The notes beneath the pieces were generated by a model. The model made no database searches. It saw only the letters and a program-made list of their open reading frames with translations, and was not told the origin of the DNA. A DNA stretch of 62,336 nucleotides, filler included. It is 4 parts of 4 records of this genome, joined end to end, with 100 filler letters (N's around TTAATTAATTAA, not from the genome) between each part and the next. Parts side by side here need not be neighbours in the genome. Positions count along the whole stretch, not along the records: positions 20,795 to 50,423 come from SRR20825010_4339; 3 more parts are not named here. One strand, written 5' to 3'. This document shows positions 20,795 to 28,838 of the stretch, piece by piece. Within the stretch, counting starts at the first letter, position 1; the number at the start of each line of letters is the position of its first letter. The position numbers and the translations under genes are program-made.

Positions 20795-21109
20795 CTGAAC
20801 GCACCCGTGCCTGCCGCCAAGAAGGTTCTCGAAAAAGCCGGTCTGACGGTTGACGATATCGACCTTTGGGAAATCAACGAAGCTTTCGCTGTGGTTGCTG
20901 AAAAGTTCATCCGTGACCTGAAGCTTGACCGCTCCAAAGTGAACGTCAATGGCGGCGCGATGGCTCTCGGTCATCCGATCGGTGCGACAGGTTCGATCCT
21001 GATCGGCACGATCCTCGACGAACTGGAACGCACAGGCAAGAAGCGTGGTCTTGTGACAATGTGCGCCGCCGGCGGCATGGCACCGGCCATCATCATCGAA
21101 CGCCTCTGA
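20795..21109 (+). CDS. Acetyl-CoA C-acyltransferase (thiolase), C-terminal fragment
   Basis: EINEAFA, VNVNGGAMALGHPIGATG, TMCAAGGM. Confidence 0.93.
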   Translation: MNAPVPAAKKVLEKAGLTVDDIDLWEINEAFAVVAEKFIRDLKLDRSKVNVNGGAMALGHPIGATGSILIGTILDELERTGKKRGLVTMCAAGGMAPAIIIERL

Positions 21110-21128
21110 TCGCATCCGATCCAAAATG

Positions 21129-21165
21129 AAAATCCCCGGCCTCGCAAAAAGGCCGGGGATTTTTT
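21129..21165. terminator. Bidirectional intrinsic terminator
   Basis: AAAATCCCCGGCCT / AGGCCGGGGATTTT 14-bp stem with A and T tails, between convergent genes. Confidence 0.85.
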
Positions 21166-21185
21166 ATGTCCGAATTCAGACAGCG

Positions 21186-21614
21186 CTAGTCGATATATTG
21201 CTCGCTTCCAACAAAGCCGATCTTTGTCACATCAAGTCGCTGCGCTGTTGAAAGCACCTTGGCGACATAATCATAGGCGACATTGCGATCCGGCCTGAGA
21301 TGGATTTCCGGTTGCGGCACAGCGATGGCCGCATCTGCGAATTTTGCTTCAAGCGCGGGAATGCCGCTCAGCACCTCGCCGTTCCAAATCATCGCCCCTT
21401 CGGCATCGACCTGAAGCTGAACGATCGTCGGCTTCTCAGGCTCTTTCTCCATTGTGACCGATTGCGGCATATCAAGTTTGATTGCGTGTGTCTGCAACGG
21501 GATTGTGATGATCAACATCACGAGCAATACGAGAAGGACGTCGATCAACGGCGTTGTGTTGATCTCCATCATCGGATCGTCTTCCGCGCCGCCCTCTCCA
21601 ACATTCATTGCCAT
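21186..21614 (-). CDS. exbD: Biopolymer transport protein ExbD
   Basis: EINTTPLIDVLLVLLVMLIITIP with the conserved TM Asp; HLRPDRNVAY; KIGFV. Confidence 0.92.
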   Translation of the reverse strand: MAMNVGEGGAEDDPMMEINTTPLIDVLLVLLVMLIITIPLQTHAIKLDMPQSVTMEKEPEKPTIVQLQVDAEGAMIWNGEVLSGIPALEAKFADAAIAVPQPEIHLRPDRNVAYDYVAKVLSTAQRLDVTKIGFVGSEQYID

Positions 21615-21632
21615 CTTATCAATTCCTTCCGG

Positions 21633-22055
21633 CTATTGGCCAAGCTGCGGCTCGGTAACAAACCCTACCTTGTGGATGCCCGAACGCTGGATATCCAAAA
21701 TCAGGCGACCAACTGCTTCGAAACGTACAGCCTCGTCGCCACGCACCTGAATTTCCGGTTGCGGCTCGATCACGGCCAAGGCGGTCAACCGGTCCATCAT
21801 TTCCTGTCGGGTCGCGACCAAAGACGCGTTCCAGAAATACTGCCCGCTTGCGTCAACCGCGATCGTGATATTTTGCGGCTCGGTCACGTTGACCACGCTA
21901 TTTGCCTTGGGCAACTCGATAGGCACGGTCTGGATAGCAACAGGAATTGTGATCAGGAAGATGATCAGGAGCACGAGCATCACGTCCACAAGCGGTGTGG
22001 TGTTGATCGTGGAGATCACCTCGTCTTCCTCATCACTTGCAATGTTCATCGCCAT
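21633..22055 (-). CDS. exbD: Biopolymer transport protein ExbD (second copy)
   Basis: INTTPLVDVMLVLLIIFLITIP, VRGDEAVRF, KVGFVTEP. Confidence 0.92.
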   Translation of the reverse strand: MAMNIASDEEDEVISTINTTPLVDVMLVLLIIFLITIPVAIQTVPIELPKANSVVNVTEPQNITIAVDASGQYFWNASLVATRQEMMDRLTALAVIEPQPEIQVRGDEAVRFEAVGRLILDIQRSGIHKVGFVTEPQLGQ

Positions 22056-22096
22056 GGATTGGCCTCTCGTTTACTGATTACGCATGCCATGAGCTA

Positions 22097-22993
22097 TCAA
22101 GCGATTTTGCCGGACAGAATCCGCAACTGAACTTCGGTGGCAAAACGACGGGCGCAGCCGGAAATGGCTTTGTTGCGACGTGTCAGCAAGTTGTAACCAA
22201 GCACGGCGGGCACAGCGACCGCGAGGCCGATGGCTGTCATGATCAACGCCTCGCCGACGGGGCCTGCAACCTTGTCGATGGACGCCTGACCGGACACGCC
22301 AATCGCCACGAGAGCGTGATAGATGCCCCACACTGTTCCGAAGAGACCAACAAAGGGAGCCGTGGATCCGACCGTTGCAAGAAATGCCAGGCCGCCCTGA
22401 AGCTTTGCTGTGAGCCCGTCAACTGCGCGCTGCAATGCTGCCATTGTCCATTCCGACAATGTCACTTCGCTGCTTAGTCCCTTGTTGTACTGGACGACCG
22501 CTTCTTCGCCACCTTCAGCAATCATGCGATAGGTGTTGTTGCGCGGAAGAACCGAAATTCCCTCTCGCAACGTCTCTGTGGGCACGAAGAGTTTGAGCAC
22601 ACGATTGAACTGCGCGAACTGGCGACGCTGTTCGATGAGTTTGGTAATGAGAAAATACCAGGTTCCCATGGACATGAAGCCGAGGATCATCAATGTGCCC
22701 TTGGAGACGGCATCACCCTCCGCCCAAAGCGCACCGAAGCCATAGGGGTTCTCAGGTTCTGCAGCGATCTCTTCTTCGGCTGCGGGAGCTGCCTCTGCAG
22801 CTTCGGATGTCAAAGCATCCGCTTCCGGCGCTGCGGCGGCCTCGTCGGTGGCAGGCACCTGCGCTTCGTCAACCTTAGCTGCGGGCGTTTCTGCATGGGC
22901 AGAAGTGCCCAAGCTACCAAAGACCAAACCTGCTGACAAAAGAATGGTCAACGCGGCCGCTTTGAATTTGTAGGAAATCGAGGGGGTCTTCAT
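22097..22993 (-). CDS. exbB: ExbB (MotA/TolQ/ExbB family) with acidic Ala/Glu-rich N-terminal extension
   Basis: LATVGSTAPFVGLFGTVWGI, VAGPVGEALIMTAIGLAVAVPAV; start placed at MKTPS. Confidence 0.93.
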   Translation of the reverse strand: MKTPSISYKFKAAALTILLSAGLVFGSLGTSAHAETPAAKVDEAQVPATDEAAAAPEADALTSEAAEAAPAAEEEIAAEPENPYGFGALWAEGDAVSKGTLMILGFMSMGTWYFLITKLIEQRRQFAQFNRVLKLFVPTETLREGISVLPRNNTYRMIAEGGEEAVVQYNKGLSSEVTLSEWTMAALQRAVDGLTAKLQGGLAFLATVGSTAPFVGLFGTVWGIYHALVAIGVSGQASIDKVAGPVGEALIMTAIGLAVAVPAVLGYNLLTRRNKAISGCARRFATEVQLRILSGKIA

Positions 22994-23062
22994 CACTTTT
23001 GTCCTTGTACTCTTCAACTCGTTATCTCGGGTGTTGCCACCCATCTGATTTAGCTTGGGGGG

Positions 23063-23689
23063 TCAGTCGGTCAGCTTGAATGTCACGACAAAGTTCATCC
23101 AGTGGCCGACGGCTTTGCCGTTCAACTCTGCCGGTATGAAACGCCATGTCCGACGCGCATGTATGAGTGCCACTTTGTCGAGACGTGGAAAGCCGCTCGA
23201 AGTTGCAATCTCGCCGTCTGTAACGCGTCCATTCTCGGCAACATAAAGCCGCAAGACGACACGTCCCTCCTCACCATTGCGGCGTGAAGCAGCTGGATAA
23301 GGTGGTTGTGTATTGCCGTGAACGGGGTCTGCACGCGGCACAACCGGTTGGGGTGTCTGCACCACAGGAACGGGATCGGGCGTCTTGGTTTGAACTTGCT
23401 TGATCGTGTTTTGCGGAACCTGAGGCGGCTTCACCTTGACGACCGGCGGCGGCACATAAGCCTCAGGCGGCTTGACAATTTCTGGCGGGGGTGGAGGTGC
23501 GGGTGGCGCGGGTGCGGGTGGCTCGGCAATCAGTGCGACTTGCAACGGCTCCTGCACGGCCTCGATGACATCATTTGCCAGACCACTCACTAAAGCCCAA
23601 AGCAATAGAAGGTGAACAGCTACTGCGACCGCCAAGCCGATCATCCGGCGAGATGCCGGAGGGCCATCCGAATAGGCCAACATACTCAT
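23063..23689 (-). CDS. tonB: Energy transducer TonB
   Basis: TM helix with His (AVAVHLLLL), Pro-rich linker, PPYPAASRRNGEEGRV, SSGFPRLD. Confidence 0.9.
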   Translation of the reverse strand: MSMLAYSDGPPASRRMIGLAVAVAVHLLLLWALVSGLANDVIEAVQEPLQVALIAEPPAPAPPAPPPPPEIVKPPEAYVPPPVVKVKPPQVPQNTIKQVQTKTPDPVPVVQTPQPVVPRADPVHGNTQPPYPAASRRNGEEGRVVLRLYVAENGRVTDGEIATSSGFPRLDKVALIHARRTWRFIPAELNGKAVGHWMNFVVTFKLTD

Positions 23690-23750
23690 TTCCTATTCCT
23701 GTCTTCATAACCAACGGACCGGACTGCGGTCACGTTCTGTGGATTTACAT

Positions 23751-23766
23751 TGCATAAGAAGTGCCA
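23751..23766 (-). promoter_or_regulatory. Sigma54 (-24/-12) promoter for tonB-exbB-exbD-exbD
   Basis: Minus strand TGGCACTTCTTATGCA: GG-N10-GC with TGGCAC, about 60 nt upstream of tonB. Confidence 0.7.
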
Positions 23767-23773
23767 AGTCATC

Positions 23774-24295
23774 TCATGCAGTCTCACTAGCCGCGTTCAT
23801 AAATCCGCCGCGGTAATAGACCAGCGGTGATTGCTCGGGCGAGGCATTCACCGCCCGCACATAGCCGATCAAAATGTCATGGTCGCCGCCGCGAATGCAG
23901 TCATCCAGATCGCATTCGAGCGAGGCACTGGTGTTCTGGAAACGTGGTGCCCCGTTTTCACCGGTGACAAAATCGACGCCATCGAACTTCGATGCGCCTG
24001 CCGAAGTTGCAAAACGCTTGGCGAGATCGGTCTGGTTTGCTGAAAGAATGTTCACACAGAAAAAACCTGCCCGCTTTATGTGCGCCAGTGTTTCGCTTTT
24101 CAAACCAAGCGAGACAAGCACAAGCGGAGGAACCAGAGACAGAGCGGAAAAAGCACTGACGGTTGTTCCCACGGGCTTATCATTGGCAATTGTTGTCAGC
24201 ACTGTGACACCGGTCGCAAAGCTACCCAGAGCGCTGCGATATTTTTCCGGGTCCACCACCGGTATCGAATGATCAAAACTCACAGAATGGTCCAT
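23774..24295 (-). CDS. Flavin reductase (HpaC/RutF-like)
   Basis: YRSALGSFATGVTVLT, SAFSALSLVPPLVLV, FCVNIL, GGDHDILIG, PLVYYRGGF. Confidence 0.9.
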   Translation of the reverse strand: MDHSVSFDHSIPVVDPEKYRSALGSFATGVTVLTTIANDKPVGTTVSAFSALSLVPPLVLVSLGLKSETLAHIKRAGFFCVNILSANQTDLAKRFATSAGASKFDGVDFVTGENGAPRFQNTSASLECDLDDCIRGGDHDILIGYVRAVNASPEQSPLVYYRGGFMNAASETA

Positions 24296-24312
24296 TGATT
24301 ACTCTCGGAACT

Positions 24313-25683
24313 CTAGAAAGGATTTTCGCCATAAACGGGTTTGTAGCTACCCACGCCGTCTGCATCAGATGCCCGACCGCAAATTGCGAGCGCAGTCAAC
24401 GCGTAGATTAGCGCGCTCTTTTTGAGATCTTCAGGTGTTGGACGCCAGCGCGGCATACCCGTTGTGACCGCCGGAATGCGATGCATGTTAAAGACGTTCT
24501 GATCACGCCACATGCTTGAATAAACCGGATTGGCTCTCTGCAATGGTTCGTTCAATGTGAGTTTGGTGGCGTCGGAGACCGCAGCGACCAAAGGGGCCAC
24601 ATCATCCGCGTCTGCCTCGAAGCCATGCCGCACGACCATGGGTTCGACATCGAAGCCGTCAATGTCAAATTGGCGCATGATGGCGTTGAGCTCATGCTGA
24701 ATATCGGCGGCTTTTTGCTTGGGCGTCAGACCGACTTCCAGATAAATGGAAACAACTTCCGTGCCTGTCCCGAATGAATAGGGAATCCCGGCCTTTATTG
24801 AATCAATCTGCGTTTTAGGAATAGCAATCCCGCCTTCGCATTCATAACGATGCCGGTCGGGGAACGCTTTGCCCCATTTGTGGAGCGCATCGATGATTGG
24901 ACCGAGACGATAGATCGGATTGGGATGCTCCTCTATTTTTTCGGGATGCTCCAGAATGGGCGTGAAAATGCCTTGCCCGAAAACACGGATGCGGAACACC
25001 GCATAGCCCGAACCTATCCATGTCAGACCAAAGTCGCAGCCTTCGGCGGCGATAGCATAATCAGGTGCCACGCCACCGTGATGAAAGAGGTAATGCGCGC
25101 CGATATCCTTGCCCAGATAATCAACACCCTTGCGGTCCTCGATCGGTTCGGGGCCGATTTCGCCTGGACAGGCTGTGAGGTAGAGTTTGCCTGCCAGAGG
25201 AATTCCGGCCTTTCGCAGCGCCTTGGCCGCGATCATAAAACAACTCATCGGGCCGCGGTCATTGGCGATCGGATAGCCAAAGAGCTTTCCGTCTTCCAGC
25301 CAGCATTCCAGCCATTCTCTGTTGGCCAATGTCTGTGGACGATATTTCGCATTGTCCAGATCGGGTTCGTATGTCGGGCTTTCTGTGTCGAGATGCGCTG
25401 TAAAGAGCAAGTTCGCGCCAACAGCACCACCACCATATTCGCCGATGACATTCTGTCTCTCTGGTGTTGCGCCGACGCTGCGTGGACTGAAACCTTCGCG
25501 TTCCATCCAGTCGAAAACAAACTGGCTTGCGGCGGCTTCACTCTTTGACGGGCTGGGGATATTTCCCAGCTCTAGCGCTAGCGCGGTTAGTTCGTCCATG
25601 TCGATGGCCGCTTCGATGGCCGCGCGCTCCTCATCACTGACCTGATATGGCGCATGGGTTTTAATATTGAGGATGTCGCTCAT
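24313..25683 (-). CDS. M20 (ArgE/DapE-like) metallohydrolase with atypical metal-binding motifs
   Basis: IPSPSKSE, NVIG, LLFTAHLDT, AIAAEG; start at MSDILN overlaps the upstream stop (ATGA coupling). Confidence 0.75.
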   Translation of the reverse strand: MSDILNIKTHAPYQVSDEERAAIEAAIDMDELTALALELGNIPSPSKSEAAASQFVFDWMEREGFSPRSVGATPERQNVIGEYGGGAVGANLLFTAHLDTESPTYEPDLDNAKYRPQTLANREWLECWLEDGKLFGYPIANDRGPMSCFMIAAKALRKAGIPLAGKLYLTACPGEIGPEPIEDRKGVDYLGKDIGAHYLFHHGGVAPDYAIAAEGCDFGLTWIGSGYAVFRIRVFGQGIFTPILEHPEKIEEHPNPIYRLGPIIDALHKWGKAFPDRHRYECEGGIAIPKTQIDSIKAGIPYSFGTGTEVVSIYLEVGLTPKQKAADIQHELNAIMRQFDIDGFDVEPMVVRHGFEADADDVAPLVAAVSDATKLTLNEPLQRANPVYSSMWRDQNVFNMHRIPAVTTGMPRWRPTPEDLKKSALIYALTALAICGRASDADGVGSYKPVYGENPF

Positions 25684-26348
25684 GCGCTTGCCCCCCATGC
25701 ATCTACAATATCCGCCGTGCTGCGGATCACCGCACAATTGAGTTCCAGCATCCGAAGAGCTGCGGTATGAATATCCATCTCGTAAGCAGCGCTGGCATCC
25801 TCAGCGATGACAACATGAAAATCGCGGTGGAAAGCATCGCGCACTGTGCAGTCAATGCAGCACTCTGTAGTGAGGCCGCAGGCGACGATTGTGTCGACTC
25901 CCATTTTTTTCAGCGTTGCTTCAAAGTCGGTTGCGTAGAAGGCGCTGTACTTGGGCTTCATTACAATTGTGTCGCCCGCCTGTGGCTGCGCCCCGTAGAA
26001 AGCAACACCTGCAGTGCCCGCCCGACATATCGCGCTTTCTGTTTCCGGATCGCCTTCCCGACGGCGCATACGCTCTGCCCAAACAGGTGAGTCCGTTTCG
26101 GGACGCGTTTCCAACCCGACAAATATGACTGGCACATGTGCCGCTCTGGCCGCTGCAAGCAACTTCTCGGTATTGGCAATAGCCGCCGGTACATTACTCA
26201 GATCGACACCAAAACCGGCAAGCAATCCATCGGGACTGGCGAAATCAACCTGAATGTCGATGACGACCAATGCTGTGCGATCCGCCGCAATCCATTCCGG
26301 TAAACCATCGACCTGCGAAGTTGCAAAACCTAGTGATATACCGCTCAT
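25680..26348 (-). CDS. Cysteine hydrolase (isochorismatase superfamily, RutB-like amidohydrolase)
   Basis: ALVVIDIQVDF, KPKYSAF, GLTTECCID (Asp-Lys-Cys triad), TVRDAFHRDF. Confidence 0.88.
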   Translation of the reverse strand: MSGISLGFATSQVDGLPEWIAADRTALVVIDIQVDFASPDGLLAGFGVDLSNVPAAIANTEKLLAAARAAHVPVIFVGLETRPETDSPVWAERMRRREGDPETESAICRAGTAGVAFYGAQPQAGDTIVMKPKYSAFYATDFEATLKKMGVDTIVACGLTTECCIDCTVRDAFHRDFHVVIAEDASAAYEMDIHTAALRMLELNCAVIRSTADIVDAWGASA

Positions 26349-27409
26349 GAGAAATGCGCCTTTAGCTGTGGCAGCACTTCTGCTCCGAGCGTGGTGAGGC
26401 CCTTCGCATAGTCGGGGAAAATCATCATGATGCCGTCGAGTTCGCAGCCCTCAATCTGATCCTTGATTTTTTCGAGGCAAGTCGCAGGCGTGCCCGCAAC
26501 TGTGTGAGTCATGAAAGTCTCTTTGGCTTTCTCACCCATGACAGAGGTGGTGCCGTCGGCCTCCATACCGTAGGAGCGCATCATGCCCTGCACGGCACCC
26601 CAATCCAGACCTTCTTTGTAATACTGGACGGTCTTTTCAGCTTCCGCGTCAGTTTCACCGAAGACGATCGTGCTCATGGCAAATACTTTGATTGTCGTAT
26701 CATGCTCGGCGGCCACGCGGCGCGCGAGACGGCTGATCCGCAATGTGTCTTCCGCAGTCTTACCCCCGATGAAACAGGCATCCGTGTTCTGAACGGTGAA
26801 GCGCAGGCCGCGTTCAGACTGCCCCGCGCAGATAAGATAGGGGCGCGGGCTGGACATGGGCTTTGGCTGCGATACGCAGTCCTTAAAGTTGAAGAATTCG
26901 CCTTCAAAATCGACGTGATCCTTCTCCCACATAGTGGTGACGAGCTTTGTCCACTCTTCGGCAAAACGATAACGGCCGTCATGGTCCAGATCCGGCCAAG
27001 CGCCCATCTGGTCGAACTCGTCTTTGAACGCGCCCGACACGATGTTGAGCCCCGCGCGACCACCGGAAATATGGTCGAGTGTTGTGATCATCTTCGCGAC
27101 AACGGCAGGGTTTTGCAGAAGGGTGTGAACAGTGGCAATGATCTTGGCGTTCTTGGTTGCCTCGGCAATGCCCGCCATCATGGTGACGGATTCAAGCGAC
27201 GTGCCCCAATGTTCTGTCTCGCCACCGAAGCCGCGCCATTTCATCATCGACATGATGAAGTCGAGGCCAATCTCGTCAGCAATAATCGCAGCTTCGCGGT
27301 TCTGCTTGTAGGAGGCATCAAGCGTTGGAGTGTTTTTGGAAATGATCCAGCCGCCATTCGCAATGGGAAGGAAGACACCGAATTCTTTTTTTGCCGTGGG
27401 GGATGACAT
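26345..27409 (-). CDS. LLM-class flavin-dependent monooxygenase, RutA-like
   Basis: FGVFLPIANGGWIIS, MKWRGFGGETEHW, LESVTMMAG, LDHISGGRAGLNIVSG, ICAGQS resemble pyrimidine monooxygenase RutA but diverge from it. Confidence 0.85.
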   Translation of the reverse strand: MSSPTAKKEFGVFLPIANGGWIISKNTPTLDASYKQNREAAIIADEIGLDFIMSMMKWRGFGGETEHWGTSLESVTMMAGIAEATKNAKIIATVHTLLQNPAVVAKMITTLDHISGGRAGLNIVSGAFKDEFDQMGAWPDLDHDGRYRFAEEWTKLVTTMWEKDHVDFEGEFFNFKDCVSQPKPMSSPRPYLICAGQSERGLRFTVQNTDACFIGGKTAEDTLRISRLARRVAAEHDTTIKVFAMSTIVFGETDAEAEKTVQYYKEGLDWGAVQGMMRSYGMEADGTTSVMGEKAKETFMTHTVAGTPATCLEKIKDQIEGCELDGIMMIFPDYAKGLTTLGAEVLPQLKAHFS

Positions 27410-27499
27410 TGACGCTTCTTAACCTCTCGTTGTCTCACTGAAACTTGTTACTCATGAAATGGGCTAACACTTCATCACTCTGAAAATCATTGTCGCTGC

Positions 27500-28786
27500 C
27501 TAGTCGCCGGCCTTTGCCAGCATTGCGACCGTCTCGCTTTCCTCATCACCGCTCATGTCAACACGCAACGGCGGGCGCATAAGCATGACTGCAAACAGCA
27601 CGAGACCGGGCACTAGCGTGTAGAGGAAAAAAGCGTAGGTGAAGGAACCTGTGACATCTCGCATATACCCGCCCAAAAACGGGCCAAAAGACGCAAGGGT
27701 CGCGGCTACGTTCATGAAGGAGAAGAGTTCGAGGTAAGCGCTGCGCCCGTAGTAGTTCATGAGCAGCACGCTTGTGGCGAGGAAGGTCATGCCGTATCCA
27801 ACGCCGATGCCGACGGCATAGACAGACAGTGCGAACCAATTGCTTCCGAAACCAAGTCCAACCATGCCAGCGACCAACAAGGCCAGGGAGATCGCGAGGA
27901 GTTTTTTGGGGTCGATATACTCCCCGACAAACCCGCTGACGGCGCGTGAGGCGGCATTAAGAAATGCTTCGAAGCTGAGCAAGCCACCGGCCACAGCCAT
28001 GCTGATGCCGAGTTCGCTAAGATGACCGACGGACAGACTGTTTACGGTGATGCCGCAAAGAAGGAAGGAAACATAAGCTGCGGCGATGATATAGAACTGG
28101 GGCGTACGCAGAGCCTGCTTGGCCGTCCATGGTTGCTTTGTCACATAGACGCCGGATGGGCTTTCGTCGGCTGCAGAGATTGCGATATTTTCTGCACGCT
28201 CATCTTCGTCCTCGCCTTCGCGCAAGAAGGCCGCTGTGATGATGCCCGCCAACGCTGTCAGGATGGTGACAATCATCCAGTGCATGCGCCAGTTGTCCCA
28301 GACACCAACGGCGAGAAAATAGATCAGCGGTCCGGCAATGCCGCCAATGCCACCGATTGTGAAGTAAATTCCGAATGCCATGGACTGCTTCTTGAAGCAG
28401 CGAGCAATCATGTAGGTGCCGGGAACCGTGGCAACAAACGAGAAGCCCGTGCCAGCGAGAAGCATAGCGGCAAAATATGTCGGCACATTATTCACGACAT
28501 AAAGAAGAAGAAATCCCGAGCAGAGAATTGCTGTACCAAACAGCACTGTGGCACGCACACCGAATTTCCGGATCATAAAGGCGGGCGGATAGCTGGACAG
28601 TCCGCAAGACACACCCAGAAGCGTAAACCCCAGACCTGCAGCAGTCCAATCCCACCCCAGATCGCGCACCATATCCGGCAACACAACACCAAGAGAGGTG
28701 AAGGTGCCGGCGGTGACGAGGAAAAACATTGCGCTGAAGGCCAGCAATACGAACCACGGATAGATTGTAGATTGTTTGTCGTCCAT
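27500..28786 (-). CDS. MFS transporter
   Basis: About 12 hydrophobic segments, ALRTPQFY, YYGRSAY, GPFLGGYMRDVTGSF; GGAGG RBS before MDDKQ. Confidence 0.88.
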   Translation of the reverse strand: MDDKQSTIYPWFVLLAFSAMFFLVTAGTFTSLGVVLPDMVRDLGWDWTAAGLGFTLLGVSCGLSSYPPAFMIRKFGVRATVLFGTAILCSGFLLLYVVNNVPTYFAAMLLAGTGFSFVATVPGTYMIARCFKKQSMAFGIYFTIGGIGGIAGPLIYFLAVGVWDNWRMHWMIVTILTALAGIITAAFLREGEDEDERAENIAISAADESPSGVYVTKQPWTAKQALRTPQFYIIAAAYVSFLLCGITVNSLSVGHLSELGISMAVAGGLLSFEAFLNAASRAVSGFVGEYIDPKKLLAISLALLVAGMVGLGFGSNWFALSVYAVGIGVGYGMTFLATSVLLMNYYGRSAYLELFSFMNVAATLASFGPFLGGYMRDVTGSFTYAFFLYTLVPGLVLFAVMLMRPPLRVDMSGDEESETVAMLAKAGD

Positions 28787-28838
28787 ATGCTGGCCTCCAG
28801 GCATTTTGTACTCAGTTACTTTTCGTCAGACGTTTCGA

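Noticed and set aside
20743-21124. ORFs running into N runs (20743-20949, 20747-21124, and similarly 50468-50890, 50476-50673, 54508-54954)
   Set aside because: Antisense or off-frame shadows that end at the artificial stop linker
23440-23525. GGCGG/GGTGCG low-complexity repeats
   Set aside because: They simply encode the proline-rich TonB linker
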